Positions 19,601 to 31,857 of a DNA stretch of 64,000 nt are shown in pieces. The translations under genes and the position numbers were made by a program. The notes beneath the pieces are model-generated. The model did no database searches, was not told the DNA's origin, and saw nothing but the letters and a program-made list of their open reading frames with translations. The number at the start of each line of letters is the position of its first letter. Position 1 is the stretch's first letter. This DNA is from Zygnema circumcarinatum SAG 698-1b (taxonomy: Eukaryota > Plantae > Zygnematophyceae): contig CM074815.1 of NCBI GenBank assembly GCA_037447605.1, positions 2,170,001 through 2,234,000 of the forward strand, in the 5' to 3' direction.

Positions 19601-22280
19601 CCTTTTCTAAACCCCTCATTCCCTTCTTCCTCTCCATCTCCCTCTCACTCACTCCCACTCTCACGCGCTCTCTCGCTCGCTCTCCTCCTTCTCCCATGCT
19701 CCTCTCCCTTGCCCCCAACTCTCCCTCTCTCTTCCTCCGTATCCCGCCGGCCCTCTCTCTCGTCCCCGCTCTCCCTCCCCCACTCCCGTTCGTGCTCCCT
19801 CTCCCATCTCTCCCTCTCCCTCCTCCTGACTGCAGAAGAACTTTCTCGGGCGGTTCATTGGAGGGGCGCAGAGAGATGCCGACCCCGAGAACCGCCTCCA
19901 CCAGCGCGGCCGCCAATGGATGGCCGTCTCGCTGTTGGACATTCTGTTGACCATAAATCCGTCGGATGTAACGGAACGCTTTCACAGAGTCAAGCAGCTC
20001 ATGACCTCCTACGACTACGAGGGAGCCATGGAGGACTTGCAGGTGGGTAAGGAATGAAGCTGCACTTTGGCTTGAATTGCACTTTCTTATGGTCCGTCGC
20101 ATTGTAACTTTTTTCTATTTTGGGCCCCAGATTTTGATGCAGGTCGCCGGACCCCCCCAACGCGGAGGCGGCGGAATTGAAGGCGTTCATCAAGAGCTGC
20201 TCTCTCAGTACATGCAGAGGGCGCAGGAGATGCAGAGGGAGCATGAGGTGTGTTACTTTGGGGTGTCGAGAGAGAGAGCGAGAGAGAGAGAGAGAGAGAC
20301 AGAGAGAGAGAGAGAGAAAGAGGAGGGAGAGGGAGAGAGAGAGAGAGTGGAGGGAGAGAGGGAGAGGGAGGGAGAGAGCGGGGGAGAGGTGGAGGCGAGG
20401 GCAGGGGTAGGCGTCTCCCTTGGGCTTACCTCTGTCTTTGCTTGCATGTGAAGGCCCGTTGCAATGAACGGAGTACGCCTCGCAGTTCTTTCGTTCAGTT
20501 TTCCGTTGGAGCGATTGTGCGGCACGTGCGGCTCGGATACCGCGGAGTGGTCTACGGGTGGGATCCGGTTTGCAGCGCGAGTGACAACTGGATGGCGAAC
20601 ATGCAGGTGGGAGAGGGAGAGGGAGAGGGAGAGGGAGAGGGAGAGGGAGTGGGCGAGCGGGGGAGAGGGAGTGGGCGAGGAAGAGGGAGAGGGAGAGAGG
20701 GAGGGAGAGATAGAACGGTTTGTTTGCTTCTAAAAACCCCCAGAAAGTTCTCCAGTATATTCTGAATCATTGAGACTGAATGAGAAACTTAAACAAATAA
20801 ACAATTATGTTTATTTGTTTGAAATTAAAGCGGTTTTGTAGTCAAAACATATATGAGTAATTCATACTGAATTTCTCAATTGTTCGATTTTCCAAACATG
20901 TCCTAAAACGGAGTATATTCATTAAGTATGTATTGTGTCTCAAATAGCGTATTGAAAGTATGAATATTCCTATATTGATACTAACTCTCTCTCTCTTTCT
21001 CTCGCTCTCGCTCTTACTCTCTTGCTCTCCCTCTCTCGCTCTCTCGCTTTCTCGCTCTCTCGCTTTCTCGCTCTCTCGCTTTCGCCTTGCTCTCGCTCTC
21101 TCGCTCTCTCGCTCTGTCTCTCTCGCTATCTCCTGTCTCTCTCTCTCCTCTCTCCTGTCTCTCTCTCTTTCTCTCTCTCTCTTACTCTCTATACAGGTGG
21201 ACCGGCTCCGGCAGGGTCGCCCGCAGCCGTTCTATCGTGTGCTTGTGGACGAGAGGGACAAGTGGCCGAGCCAGTCCAGCTATGGTGAGAGAGAGGACGG
21301 CTCCATGCTTCGCCTCCGTTTCCGTTTAAGTTGCCATTTGTGTTTGATTTTTGGCTTTTGTTGAGCTCAGTTGAGGAACCCTGAACCCTGCAAAACCTGT
21401 CTATTGTACCGAGGACTGTTCCCAAACTCTGAAGATTGAGTTAAAAACCCTAAACCTCTTATTCCTAAGAAGCCTCAAGAAGTTAAAAAAGCTCTAAATA
21501 AACCCTGACAGCCCTCCTTCCTTCTCGCAGTGGCGCAGGAGCTGCTTGCCATCTCTCCGGACATGGGACCAATAACACACGAGGAAATTGGGGCATATTT
21601 TCGCGGTTTCCGGTAAAGTTTTTTATAATGACATATTTAGCCCTGCAAAATGCCGACCAATACCACTGGAAAGTAGAACCACACAGCCCTGTGGAGGCTT
21701 TCTATGTGGCCTTTTCCATGTATCCAACCGGTTCCGTTGGCTGTTATGGACGTGCAGGGGGGGGCGATACGTGCCAAACGCCTTTCTCCAGTTCCAATAT
21801 CCGGAAGATTTTGCAACGGATAGCTACGGTTATCAGAGCCATGGAGAGTGGAGTGGTGGTGGGAGAGAAGATCAGGGAGGCAGTGGGAGTGGGAGAGGGG
21901 GAGGGAGTGGAGGAGGGAGAGAAGATCAGGGAGGGAGTGGGAGTGGGAGAGGAGGAGGGAGTGGGGGAGGGAGAGAAGATCAGGGAGGGAGTGGGAGTGG
22001 GAGAGGGGGAGGGAGTAGGGCAGGGAGAGAAGATCAGGGAGGGAGTGGGAGTGGGAGAGGGGGAGGGAGTGGGGGAGGGAGTGGCGCGGAGGGGGGCAGT
22101 AGTAGTACTGGTGGGAGCGGTGCCTCGAGGGGAGGGGGGTTCAGGGGAGGTCCATCTGTGCACCGCGAGGGAGTCACCCCATGGATGCCCTCAGAGTCGA
22201 AGTGCAGCGCTGCAGGACCTGTCTGTAAGGGTGATCGAGAACCTGAACTAGGGTTCCGTTGGCTCACTCTCACTGAATGA
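13302..22280 (+). CDS. FBXO21-like protein: F-box + SirB1/transglutaminase-like + TPR-like helices + YccV/HspQ hemimethylated-DNA-binding-like domain; contains an in-frame TGA
   Basis: Exons 13302-13397, 14541-15176, 16448-16576, 17266-17312, 17527-17613, 18213-18410, 18829-19005, 19303-19402, 19836-20042, 20143-20247, 20454-20606, 21198-21285, 21531-21612, 21758-22280. Motifs: [29 protein letters not shown] (F-box); [28 protein letters not shown] and GIPMHFL (SirB1); [32 protein letters not shown] and YVAQELL (YccV). Confidence 0.85.
21862..22075 (+). repeat. Coding tandem repeat, about 4 x 54 nt ([18 protein letters not shown]), in the last exon of the F-box gene
   Basis: Repeated GGGAGAGAAGATCAGGGAGG...; visible in ORF 21588..22280. 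Confidence 0.85.
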
Positions 22281-22308
22281 GAAGGCAAGTTGGAGCTAGG
22301 GTTTGGAG

Positions 22309-22377
<69 letters not shown>

Positions 22378-23717
22378 GGAGAGAGAGAGGAAAGCGCAAC
22401 TGCTGTTCAGAGCATGCATAACATCCATACGCATATAGACAAGTATTTGCATATGTACACAAAGAGCTTGAAACTATACTGAAATCAGTCTACAGTCCTG
22501 TCCGATAGTCCGTTCCACCTTTCATAGACATTCTGCATATATCACGCACATAGAAACTTGTTGGTATGAACTGTCAAAAATGTAACTTCCTGTTGTAGTC
22601 TGCATAGAGAACGTTCTCAGGTTTCCATGTGCTTTACCTTGAGGTTTCGGTTTTTTGGCTAACGGAACTGCAGTCATATGCACATAGCACAGTTAGGGTT
22701 GTGTACAAAGCAACAGAACGCTTCCAAGACTCGGTGTACAAAAGTGTACCAAGAGCTCCTCTCCCCTTTCCGAGGTTTTCATAATAAAAGAAAAAAGGAG
22801 TACACATGTACCTGTTGCGCAGGTGTGGTCGATGCTCGGCTGTGGTACTGATTCTGACTTTTTGTTGATCATTTGAGAATTTGCTATCAGAATCAGAACT
22901 GGTGAAAGAGACTGTTTTTGTGAGTTGCTGGGGTGGCAGAGTGAGTGGGAGGGGGGGGGGGTTGTGAGAGGCGAAATAGGAGTTGAGGAAGGGGCGAGAG
23001 GGGGGTAGATAGAGGACGAGAGAGGCGTAGAGGGGGAGAGGGAGGAAGAGGGACGGGAAAAGGGCGAGAGAGAGAGAGAGAGAGCGCGAGAGAGAGGGGG
23101 TGTGAAGGGGGAGTGAAAAATACTTCATTTTTCACAGAGTCACAAATGAAGCCGAATTAGGCTGCATCCACAGAACATCTCGTTTAACTGACTATATTCT
23201 TAAGGCTTGAAGAAGAAGCCATAGAACAAAGGAATCTTGCCTTCTTATGGGATTTTAGGGTTTCATAGGAAGCCAAACAACTGCAAAAAGCATCTCCTTC
23301 GGTGGATCGATCCAAATTTTTCTCCTCCCTTGCCTAAATCAAATTTCGGAATTTGAACTGTCGAAAATTGGTTTCAGCAGCCTGAAATTGAATGGAATCA
23401 ATTACGGGAAATGCTGAGTACAGGAGTGGATAATGAAAACCCTAAAAAGACCGTGCATTAAGTGACTTCAACGCATGCCTTGCGTATGAAAATCCTAAAA
23501 GTCTTTAGGAAACCAGTCTTAACGTCTTTAGTCTTCACTCTTAAACCCTAAAAACTGCAGAAACATTCGAGAACCCTAAAAACAAAAAAATCCCTACAAA
23601 CCCGAAACTCCCTAAAACACTTGGTGGGCAAATAAACAGTGGGAACTTTAAAACCCTAAACCCTAAATCCTAGCCCTATCTGCGCCCACCTCTGGTTGTC
23701 CGTCGCCATGGCTGTGC

Positions 23718-24105
23718 CTACTTCCCCCCCTGCTCGCGGTCGATCTGCTTCAAGCGGTCGTCGAGGGAGAGGGGCTGCGCTGCCTTCTGCGCCTTCTTGT
23801 CGGCGGAGGTCAGCGCGAGACCTGCGAGGAGGAAGGGAAGCGGCATGAAGACAGAGACCTCCCTAAACCTTAAACCCTAACCCTAAACCCTAAACCCCAA
23901 CCCTAAACCATAAACCCTAAACTCTAAACGCCAAACCTGTAAACCTTAAACCCTAACCCTAAACCCGAACCCTTAGCCTTAAACCCTAAACCCTAAACCT
24001 ACACCCTAAACCCTGCACCCGAGCCTCCTCCAGGTCGCTGCACCCACCGACCGCGGTGGCGCTCCCGAGCAGCAGCAGGATGCGCAGGCTCAGCTTGTCC
24101 GACAT
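23718..24105 (-). CDS. 53-aa microprotein with an N-terminal hydrophobic helix (MSDKLSLRILLLLGSATAVGLALTSADKKAQKAAQPLSLDDRLKQIDREQGGK)
   Basis: Exon 24105-24048 (donor GTGGGT, phase 1) plus exon 23821-23718 (acceptor CGCAG) gives 162 nt ending in TAG. GC3-rich codon use matches neighbouring genes. A further donor lies 28 nt after the stop. Confidence 0.6.
23862..24014 (-). repeat. Interstitial plant-type telomere repeat array (CCCTAAA/CCCTAA) filling the microprotein intron
   Basis: About 20 degenerate CCCTAAA/CCCTAA units. Confidence 0.9.
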
Positions 24106-24847
24106 CGCCACGTGGCGCTGCGCAACTCCGCCACGTGGCTCGCACCGCCGGCCGGCGCCGCTCCGTTCGACCGCCAACAAACAGACAATTTTTGTTTCTG
24201 AGAAGCTATTTACACACCTTCTTTAGCTAAATACACGCCTTGTTTCGCCGGTCAGATTTTAGGGTTTAGGGTTTTTAGGCTTTTAGGGTTTTTGGGGTCT
24301 TTAGGGTTTTTTTCGTTTTTGAGAAAAATGATTATACGGAGGTGGTACAGTACAAAAACGTACGAATATGTATCGATCTAATATCGTATAATATCGTCTT
24401 ACGATATATCGGCCAATTTTTGTATCGAATATACCGCAATATATCTCGTTGAGATATATATTTAAATATCGTAACTAAAGACAAGAACCAGAAGCGTTTC
24501 CATGGTCCACAGTTAGCTCGAGATTTGAGAAATATTTTCTTTTGGGAACTTTCGGCTCCAGTGAGGTGACCACGTGGCGGTGCCCTCTGCCAGCGTGGCA
24601 CTGTACTGCTTTCAGATTCCCGCTGAGGCCGGCCCTTTTCCCCCTCGGCCCGTTTCCTCGTTTCTCATTATTCTTCGACCGTAATTCGTAGTTTTTTTCG
24701 TCCCTAATTTGTAATTTTTTCCCTGGAATTGCGAGGATTACGGATCTAAAAATTCTTCCTGCAAGAAAGAATTCTTAGATTCGTAATACTTGGTTTTTTT
24801 TTTCTCTTTTTTTTTTTTTTTTTGCTTTTGCTTTTTTTTGGGTTTTG
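24106..24847. promoter_or_regulatory. Bidirectional promoter region between the microprotein and the TRIP4-AlkB gene
   Basis: Head-to-head starts about 740 bp apart. Contains CCACGTGG G-boxes (24109, 24131, 24570), TAGGGTTT telo-boxes (24260-24310) and an ATATCG-rich patch (24365-24470). Confidence 0.5.
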
Positions 24848-27800
24848 ATGGCTACGGCGGAAGGATGGCTGGAGGAGCACCTGCTAGGTTTGGCTTTTCG
24901 GATAAACCCTGAAAATCTAAAACCCTGAATAGGTTTTGATTTTTTTGCTACTTGTTTGCATCCAGCAACCCATAGAAAAATCTTCAAATTCTATGAAATT
25001 CAACCCTCGCATTTTGAATTTCTACTTTTCTCTAATAAAAAAAATAATGTGCGACTGAATATACTATTTGAGCAGAATAATTATGTTTCGAAAGAGGGTT
25101 TCAGGAACTTTTAATCTTTTCACGTTTTCTATCATTTTGGTTTCATAGGGCTGCAGGGTTTTCGATGTTTTAGGTTTGTAGGATTTTAGAGTTGCAGGGT
25201 TGCAAGGTTTTAGTTTTTTAGGGTTTTATATTTTTATGTTTGTAGGTTTTTAGGGCTGTCATAAAACCAAACAACGTTCTGGTTTTCCAGTGAATTTTTT
25301 TCGGATTTTTCAAGAAAAAGTCCTCAAATTGTGCTGATTTCCTCCTTGTGGGGCAGATAACGTGAGTTCAAAACTTTGACTCTAATCTTTTTTCTTCTCC
25401 CCTCCCCCCTCCCCCCTCCCCCCTCCCCCCCTCCCTTCTTTGTTTTTTCCCCCTCAGGAATGCGCGACCTGCTGCCATTTTTGGACGCGGACATGGTGGG
25501 AGGCCTCGTCAGCTACTGCCCGCATGCATCGGACGAAGGCGTGGGGGAGTATCTCAAGGTATTTAAGCCCTAATTTCAAAAAAATTTAGGGGGTTTTTTT
25601 TTTTGAACCCTAAAAACTAACCCTAATATCCTAAACCCTAAACCCTAAACTGTAAACTTAAACCTTAAAATTTAAGCTCTAAACATTTAAAAAAAAGGCG
25701 TTCGTATTAGGGTTCGAAAGTGCCAAGTTCATAACTTGGAAAATTTTGGGGTTCGTTTCTGGTACATGTAGGGCTATAAATGTTATTTTTTTCTGCATTT
25801 CTGGAATTGTTTTTTTCATTTTTCCGCAGAATCTGATCGGCGACAGTCAGCGCGCGAAGGACATCGTCGCGGGATATTTGCAGCGGCGGGCAGCGCAGAG
25901 GGCCAATCAGAGCGCTGCGATCAGCGGCGGGCAGGCGGAAAATTTTAACGGCATGCAGACATATATGAAGCCGAAGGCGGAGGATGATCGGAGCCGAGGA
26001 AGCAAAAAAGCCCCAAAACAAAAGGAGAAATTTTCGGCCCCTCCGGCTGCTCAACAGAGAGGAGGGAGTCTCCCATTGAATGGTAGCAATGGGAGAGGAG
26101 TGGGAGAGGGAGCAGTGGGAGGAGTGGGAGAGAGAGGAGTGGGAGGAGTGGGAGAGAAAGGAGTGGGAGAGAGAGAAGTGGGAGTGGGAGCGGGAGGAGG
26201 GAGGAAGGGAAGGAAGGGGAAGGGAGTGGGGTTAGCTGACATAGAGAAGGGGAGGGTGATCTTCTCTCGCACGGGTGTGTGTGAGTGTGCGGCCGCCCGC
26301 CACCGTCTGGTCAACAACTGTCTCGCGTGTGGGAGAGTGGTGTGTGAGCAGGAGGGGGAGGGGCCCTGCAGCTTCTGCGGAACCCTAGTTTTGAAGGAGG
26401 GGAGTGAGTATGCGGGGCTGGAGGCAGAGGGAGAGGGAGTGGGAGAGGGAGTGGGAGTGGGAGTGGGAGTGGGAGTGGGNNNNNNNNNNGGAGAGGGGGA
26501 GGGGGAGGGAGAGGGGGAGGGAGAGGAGTCTCGGAGGAGGAGGCGAAGGCGATTGCTTTCAAGAATAGGCTTGTTGAGTACGATCGCACTTCCGCCCAAC
26601 GGACGGCTGTGATCGACGATCAGAGCGACTACTTCCAAGTGGAGAGCAGCAAGTGGCTCTCTCCAGAGGTGATTTTTTTTTTTCCCTTTTGGTTCTTTTT
26701 CTTACCTTGTTTGGGTTTAGGGCCTCTAGGGTTAAGGGTTGAAGGGTTCAGGGTCGTAGGATTTCCTCAAAAAAGGATTAGGAAGCCTTAGACCACATCC
26801 ACACTCTAAATATGAAGACCAGATAGGTCCTGAACCCTGAACCCTAAAGAGACTCCAAAGGGGGCCTGAGACGGAGCAGGAGAAGGAGCAGCTGCTTAAA
26901 CGGCAGGTGGCAGAGAAGGAGGCGGCGGAAGCGCAAAGAAAAAAAGTGGTCGTCACTTTCGACCTCGTTGGAAGGAAGGTAAAAAAAAAAAAAAAAAAAA
27001 AAAAAAATGTCAAATCAAGAAACCGAAACCCCGAAAGTCTCTATCTAAGATTCGAGTACCCTAAAAATTCTAAAATTTCTATGCTCTCCTGCAGGTTGTG
27101 ATGGATGCTGCAACCCTAGAAGCGGCTGAGGCAGCCATGGATGGACCTTCCCCTTACTCAGCTTTTGCCCCTCTCGAGACGCGCCCTTCGAAAGGAGTCA
27201 AACCGAACCCTACTTTGCAACTTCCCCCTCCCAAATTTGTCACCTCTCCCTCCTCTCGCCCTGGTGGGAGTGGTGGGAGAGGAGGGAGAGGAGGGAAGCT
27301 GAAGGAGGGAGAGAAGGGTAGGACTGGCCGCATACAGCATGATGACCCCCTAGTGGAAGCTATTAGAGGTGGGAGCCTTGAGGGAAGCTCGGTGGGAGAG
27401 AGAGAGGGAGAGGGAGAGAGAGGGGGAGAGCGAGAAGGAAGCCAAAAGTGGCAAGGGCCCCATGTGAGTGGAGGAGGAAGTGAAGCGTGGGCGGAGGGAG
27501 AGGGAAACTACGAGTGTAATTCGACAACGTCTGGGAGAGAGGGAGGGAGTGGCAGCCATGGCTGGGAGAGGGACGGTCTTAAAGGGAAGGAAAGCGGTTC
27601 AAAATTAGGGTTAAGAGGAGCTTCTGAATCCCCGGAAGTCTTTGATATATGTGAGGAGAAGACAGGTGGCAGCCAAAGAGTGGCCCTGCAGTTAGCACCG
27701 TCAGCTTATCAGGTGAAGCAGCTGAAGAAAGGAGAGAGTGGAGGGGAGGGAGGGAGGGCGGAGGTTCTCATGGATGGCATGGTGCTTCTCCGTCAATGGC

Positions 27801-29112
27801 TGACAAAGGAAGAGCAGGTCAGAGATATTTCATTTCCTTTTTCCTCTTAAAAAGAAACAACAGAAAAGCTCAAAAAAGGGGCGGACAGAGAAAAAGGGAC
27901 ACAGTTTCTGTTTTCACATGTTCCAGAATCTGTGCACCTTCCTTTCCGAACTCAGAATCAATAGCCCCCAATTTCCTTCAGCTTTGCAGAATTCTTCCTT
28001 GTTCCCCTGACCTTCGCTCCCATCCCGAACCCCTAAAGCCTCTCAACCCCAAAAGCCCCAAACTTCAAACTTTCCCTCTTTCTCTCTCTCTCGCTCTCCC
28101 TCTGTCCGCTCTCTCCTCTCCCCCACCCCTTCCCCTTCCCCTTCCCCTCACTCTCGCTCCCACTCCACCTCTCCTCTTTCTCCTCTTCCCCTTCCCCCCC
28201 CTACCCCTCTCCTCCCCTCCCCCCCTCTCACTTCCACTCTCTCTCCCCCCTCCCCCCTCTCCCCCTCCGCACTCTCTCCTCCCCCTCTCCCCCCCTCTCC
28301 CTCCCTCCCTCCCTCCCTCCCTCCCGCAGATCTCCCTCATTCTCGAATGCCGTCGTCTGGGCACCGCCCCTGGAGGGTTCTACGTCCCTCGCTTCCCTGA
28401 CGGCTCCCGCCTTCGCCTCCTCATGCTCTGCCTCGGCCGCCACTGGGAGCCCGCCACGCGGCAGTACGGCCCCGCCCGGCCCCTCCACGACGGAGCCGCA
28501 GCGCCGCCCCTGCCGCCCTCCTTCGCAGCCATGGCCGGCAGGGCCGTGGAAGCTTCGCAGAAGCTGCTGGCCGGGCAGGGCAGCAGAAGCAGGCTGCCCA
28601 GCATGAAGCCGGACGTTTGTTTGGTCAACTTTTACGAGCAGAGCGGCAGTTTGGGCATGCATCAGGTGGGGATATAAGGACTCTACAAGCCCTAAAGTAA
28701 ATAATAATAAAAAATATAATAATTATCTTATCGTCCTGAGCACCCCAAATCCTTAAAGAGATTTAGAGACTAGAAACTACTAAGGAATCCTAATACCGTT
28801 CTTTCGCACTCCGTTCGAGAAATTGCTGCGCTGCAGGATAAGGATGAAAGCCCCACAAGCTTACAGGAGGGCGTGCCAGTTGTCTCCTTCTCATTGGGCG
28901 ACTCTGCGGACTTCAATTACGGAACGGAGCGGAGAGCTGACCTGGCAAAGACCCTCGTTTTGGAGTCGGGCGATGTCCTGATTTTTGGAGGACCCTCGCG
29001 CTTAATTTTTCATGGAATCTCAAAAGTGCATCCTAAGACGGCTCCTGATTGGCTGGTCAGGGCCACAAATTTGCGGCCAGGCAGGCTGAACCTCACATTC
29101 CGAAAATTGTAA
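24848..29112 (+). CDS. Fusion of plant TRIP4/ASC-1-like zf-C2HC5 protein and an AlkB (ALKBH1-like) 2OG-Fe(II) dioxygenase
   Basis: Exons 24848-24887, 25459-25558, 25831-26668 (spans N gap 26480-26489), 26880-26978, 27095-27817, 28330-28665, 28837-29112. Motifs: CECAAARHRLVNNCLACGRVVCEQEGEGPCSFCG; AIAFKNRLVEYDRTSAQRTAVIDDQSDYF; VVVTFDLVGRK; GRIQHD; then PDVCLVNFY, GMHQDKDE (HxD), VVSFSLGDSADF, LESGDVLIFGGPSRLIFHG and RLNLTFR. Confidence 0.85.
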
Positions 29113-29710
29113 ACTTTTGTATGGGCAGCACTTTTGACCTTTTTGTTGCCTTCTGTCATTGAATCCACCGTCTCCTTATTGTTTGGGTACTTGAAATGTT
29201 AGGGTTTACAGGGAGGGTTCAGGGGGGGGGGGGGGGCTGTAACCAGGCTGATCTTTCGGGTCTTTTTTTCCGGGTTTTTTTCGTATTTCAAAAAACCGGT
29301 AAACAAACCACAGAATGTCACTTTACTGATATTGAGCGAGAGGGCTGCTCTATGTTACACACGTTTTGTGACCAAATACTGCTGCTGTAACTGAACTCGT
29401 CAGATGAAACCGGAGCCCTGACTCTTGTACACATTCTTGTTCGCAATATTTACAGGTTTTCAGGACTATGTACAAAGATGCCTCACTCTCTTGAGTATCC
29501 GATACAACTACAAGAAAAAAAGGGGGGGAAAGGAAGAAAAGGCGACTCCTCCACATTCTCCCTCTCCCCCCCCCCTCTCCCTCACTCTCTCCACCTCCCC
29601 CTCTCTCGAGAATCCCCTCTCAACAAGAGAGAGTTCAAACTGAAAAAACTGTGCCCTGCTTTTTCTGACCCTAGTCCACTTTCCTCAAAATTTGAATTTT
29701 GTGCTTCCCG

Positions 29711-31857
29711 TCACTTATCGTGAAACGTGGGCGCCCGTTTTTCCATGAAGGCCGTCATTCCGTCCGTTTGGTCCTCCGTCCCAAACGTCGCATGGAATAG
29801 GTTGCGCTCCGTTCTGATGCCCTCCCTCAACCCTAATTCGTAGGCGGAGTTGACCGCCTCTTTAGCCATCATGACGGCCGGCTTTGACAACTTAGCAATC
29901 TGCTTTCCTATTTCGACCGCCTGCTCCAAAAGGGCTTCGTTGTCTCCCTCCACCTGCCCATTCAACAGCCCATTCAGCAAAATTTACCATTCCACACACT
30001 TTCTATACTTCCTTACATTTTAATTTCACTAGTCAGTTAATTAATTAGTTAGTTAGCTTTTTTTTATGTGTGTGTGTAACGGCACAGTTGTGAGCTTACC
30101 ATACGAGAAGCAAGCCCTCTCTGTACGGCTTCCCGAGCATCCAGGAAGCTTCCTCCCGTTAGAATCATCTCCATGGCCCGGGACTTGCCCACAATGCGAA
30201 CGAGCCTCTGCGTGCCGCCCATCCCCGGGATGACGCCCAGCTTCACCTCTGGTTGTCCAAAAAGGGCCCTCTCTCCCGCCAAGACGATGTCACACATCAT
30301 GGCGAGTTCGCACCCACCCCCAAGAGCATATCTGCATCATGCCAATGTGTGGGAGGGAGTGAGGGACGGAGAGTGAGGGGGGAGAGTGAGGGGGGAGAGT
30401 AAGAGGGAGTTCAGGAGGGGATGTGGGATAGAGTGGGGAAGAAGAATGAGAGGAATTTTAGGAGGGTGTGTAGGATAGAATGGGAGAAGGAGAGTGAGGG
30501 AGTTTAGAAGGAAGTGTGAGATAGAGTAGGGGAGAGAGAGTCAGGAAGAACAGTGGAAAGAGAGAGAAAAGGTTAGAGATGGTGGAAGGAATCGACAGGA
30601 AGGGAGAGGGGGTGAGAGGAGGAGGAGGCGGGGGGAGATAACGAAGAGGGGTTGGAGGGATAAATGAGGCAGAGAATGAGCGAAAGAAGGGATATGGGGG
30701 AAGGCGGAGGGGGAGGGAATATTGGGAGAAACGAGGGAGGGGGAGAGACGATGAGTGTCTTTGATTTTAGAATCACACGTCTCTATGGCTCACCCATTCA
30801 CAGCTGCAATAATCGGCTTCCGAATGCCGAAAATGCCATCCCAGCCGGCGAGAAGATTGGTGCTTCGAGCACTTGTGAAGGTGAAGTCTTTCATCTCGCT
30901 GATGTCAGCACCTGCGGCGAAAGCTTTACCCTCCCCTGTGATTATTATCGCTGCCACCTGTCCACCACCGTGAGGCAGATAGCAAAAGTGAGGGAGGGGG
31001 GGGGGGTGATAAAAATAAAGTGAGGAGACGATCTCTGCTTTTTTCCGCCTGGAAGCAGACACCAAGCAGGAAGTATTGAACTTTGTAAATAGAAGCGAAT
31101 TCTGCTGTTTGAGTTTGTGTTTGTGTTGGGGTTCTAGATATTTGTGTTTAAGAGAAAGGCGAGAGGAGGGGGGAAATAGGGAAAAAACTAACTAAAGGTG
31201 AAATCAGTGGAAGAAAAAAAATAAAAAACATTCATTAACCAATAATAACAATATTTTTTTGGTTGGTTGACATTTGATTACTTTTGGATGGTCGTCGAAG
31301 TCCCGAAAGGCGCCGACGACCTCTCTCATCGTGGCGCTCGAGAGAGCGTTCAGCGCCTTTGGGCGGCTCAGAGTGACCAATCCGAGGCTCTCCTGCTCAA
31401 GCAGCTGGACACGTATCATCTTGTTATTCGCCCAGCTGGCAGATTCTCGCACCTCCTCCTTCGCTTGACCCACACCACTACTTCCCTCGTGGTTTATTTC
31501 TTCCTTTCCTGCAACGCTGCTGAATGAAACGGATGAAGGTGCAACGCTGCTGAATGAAACGGATGAAGGAGCAGATGCCGACATATGCAAGCATGCCATG
31601 TTTCTTGATAAGCATCTTAAGGAGAAGTCTGGAAAGACATTTGAAGATGTTGAGTTTGGAAGTGAGAGAAAGGGAGGCGCTTGTGCATGAGCTGTGGTTT
31701 GTGCTGAGGAAGCCATTGCTCCTGCAAGATAATGGTAAGGCTTGGTCTGCAAAGGCTGAAGTGAAGCAAGGTTTGGAGAATGAGGATATGGATGATGCGC
31801 TTGGAGGGAAGGCAGAACCCTCCAGAGCCTGCTTGCAGCTCCCCTGGAGGAAGCCAT
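29711..31857 (-). CDS. Enoyl-CoA hydratase (crotonase, ECHS1-like) with a long N-terminal targeting-like extension
   Basis: Exons 31857-31282, 30957-30794, 30331-30100, 29953-29711. Motifs: [13 protein letters not shown]; [12 protein letters not shown]; [23 protein letters not shown]; [20 protein letters not shown]; [13 protein letters not shown]. Confidence 0.92.

Noticed and set aside
24365-24470. ATATCG-rich quasi-palindromic patch as a MITE
   Set aside because: No clear TIR pair or TSD could be defined.
26480-26489. Apparent frameshift in the TRIP4-AlkB gene
   Set aside because: It coincides with a 10-N placeholder gap of unknown true length in a GA repeat.
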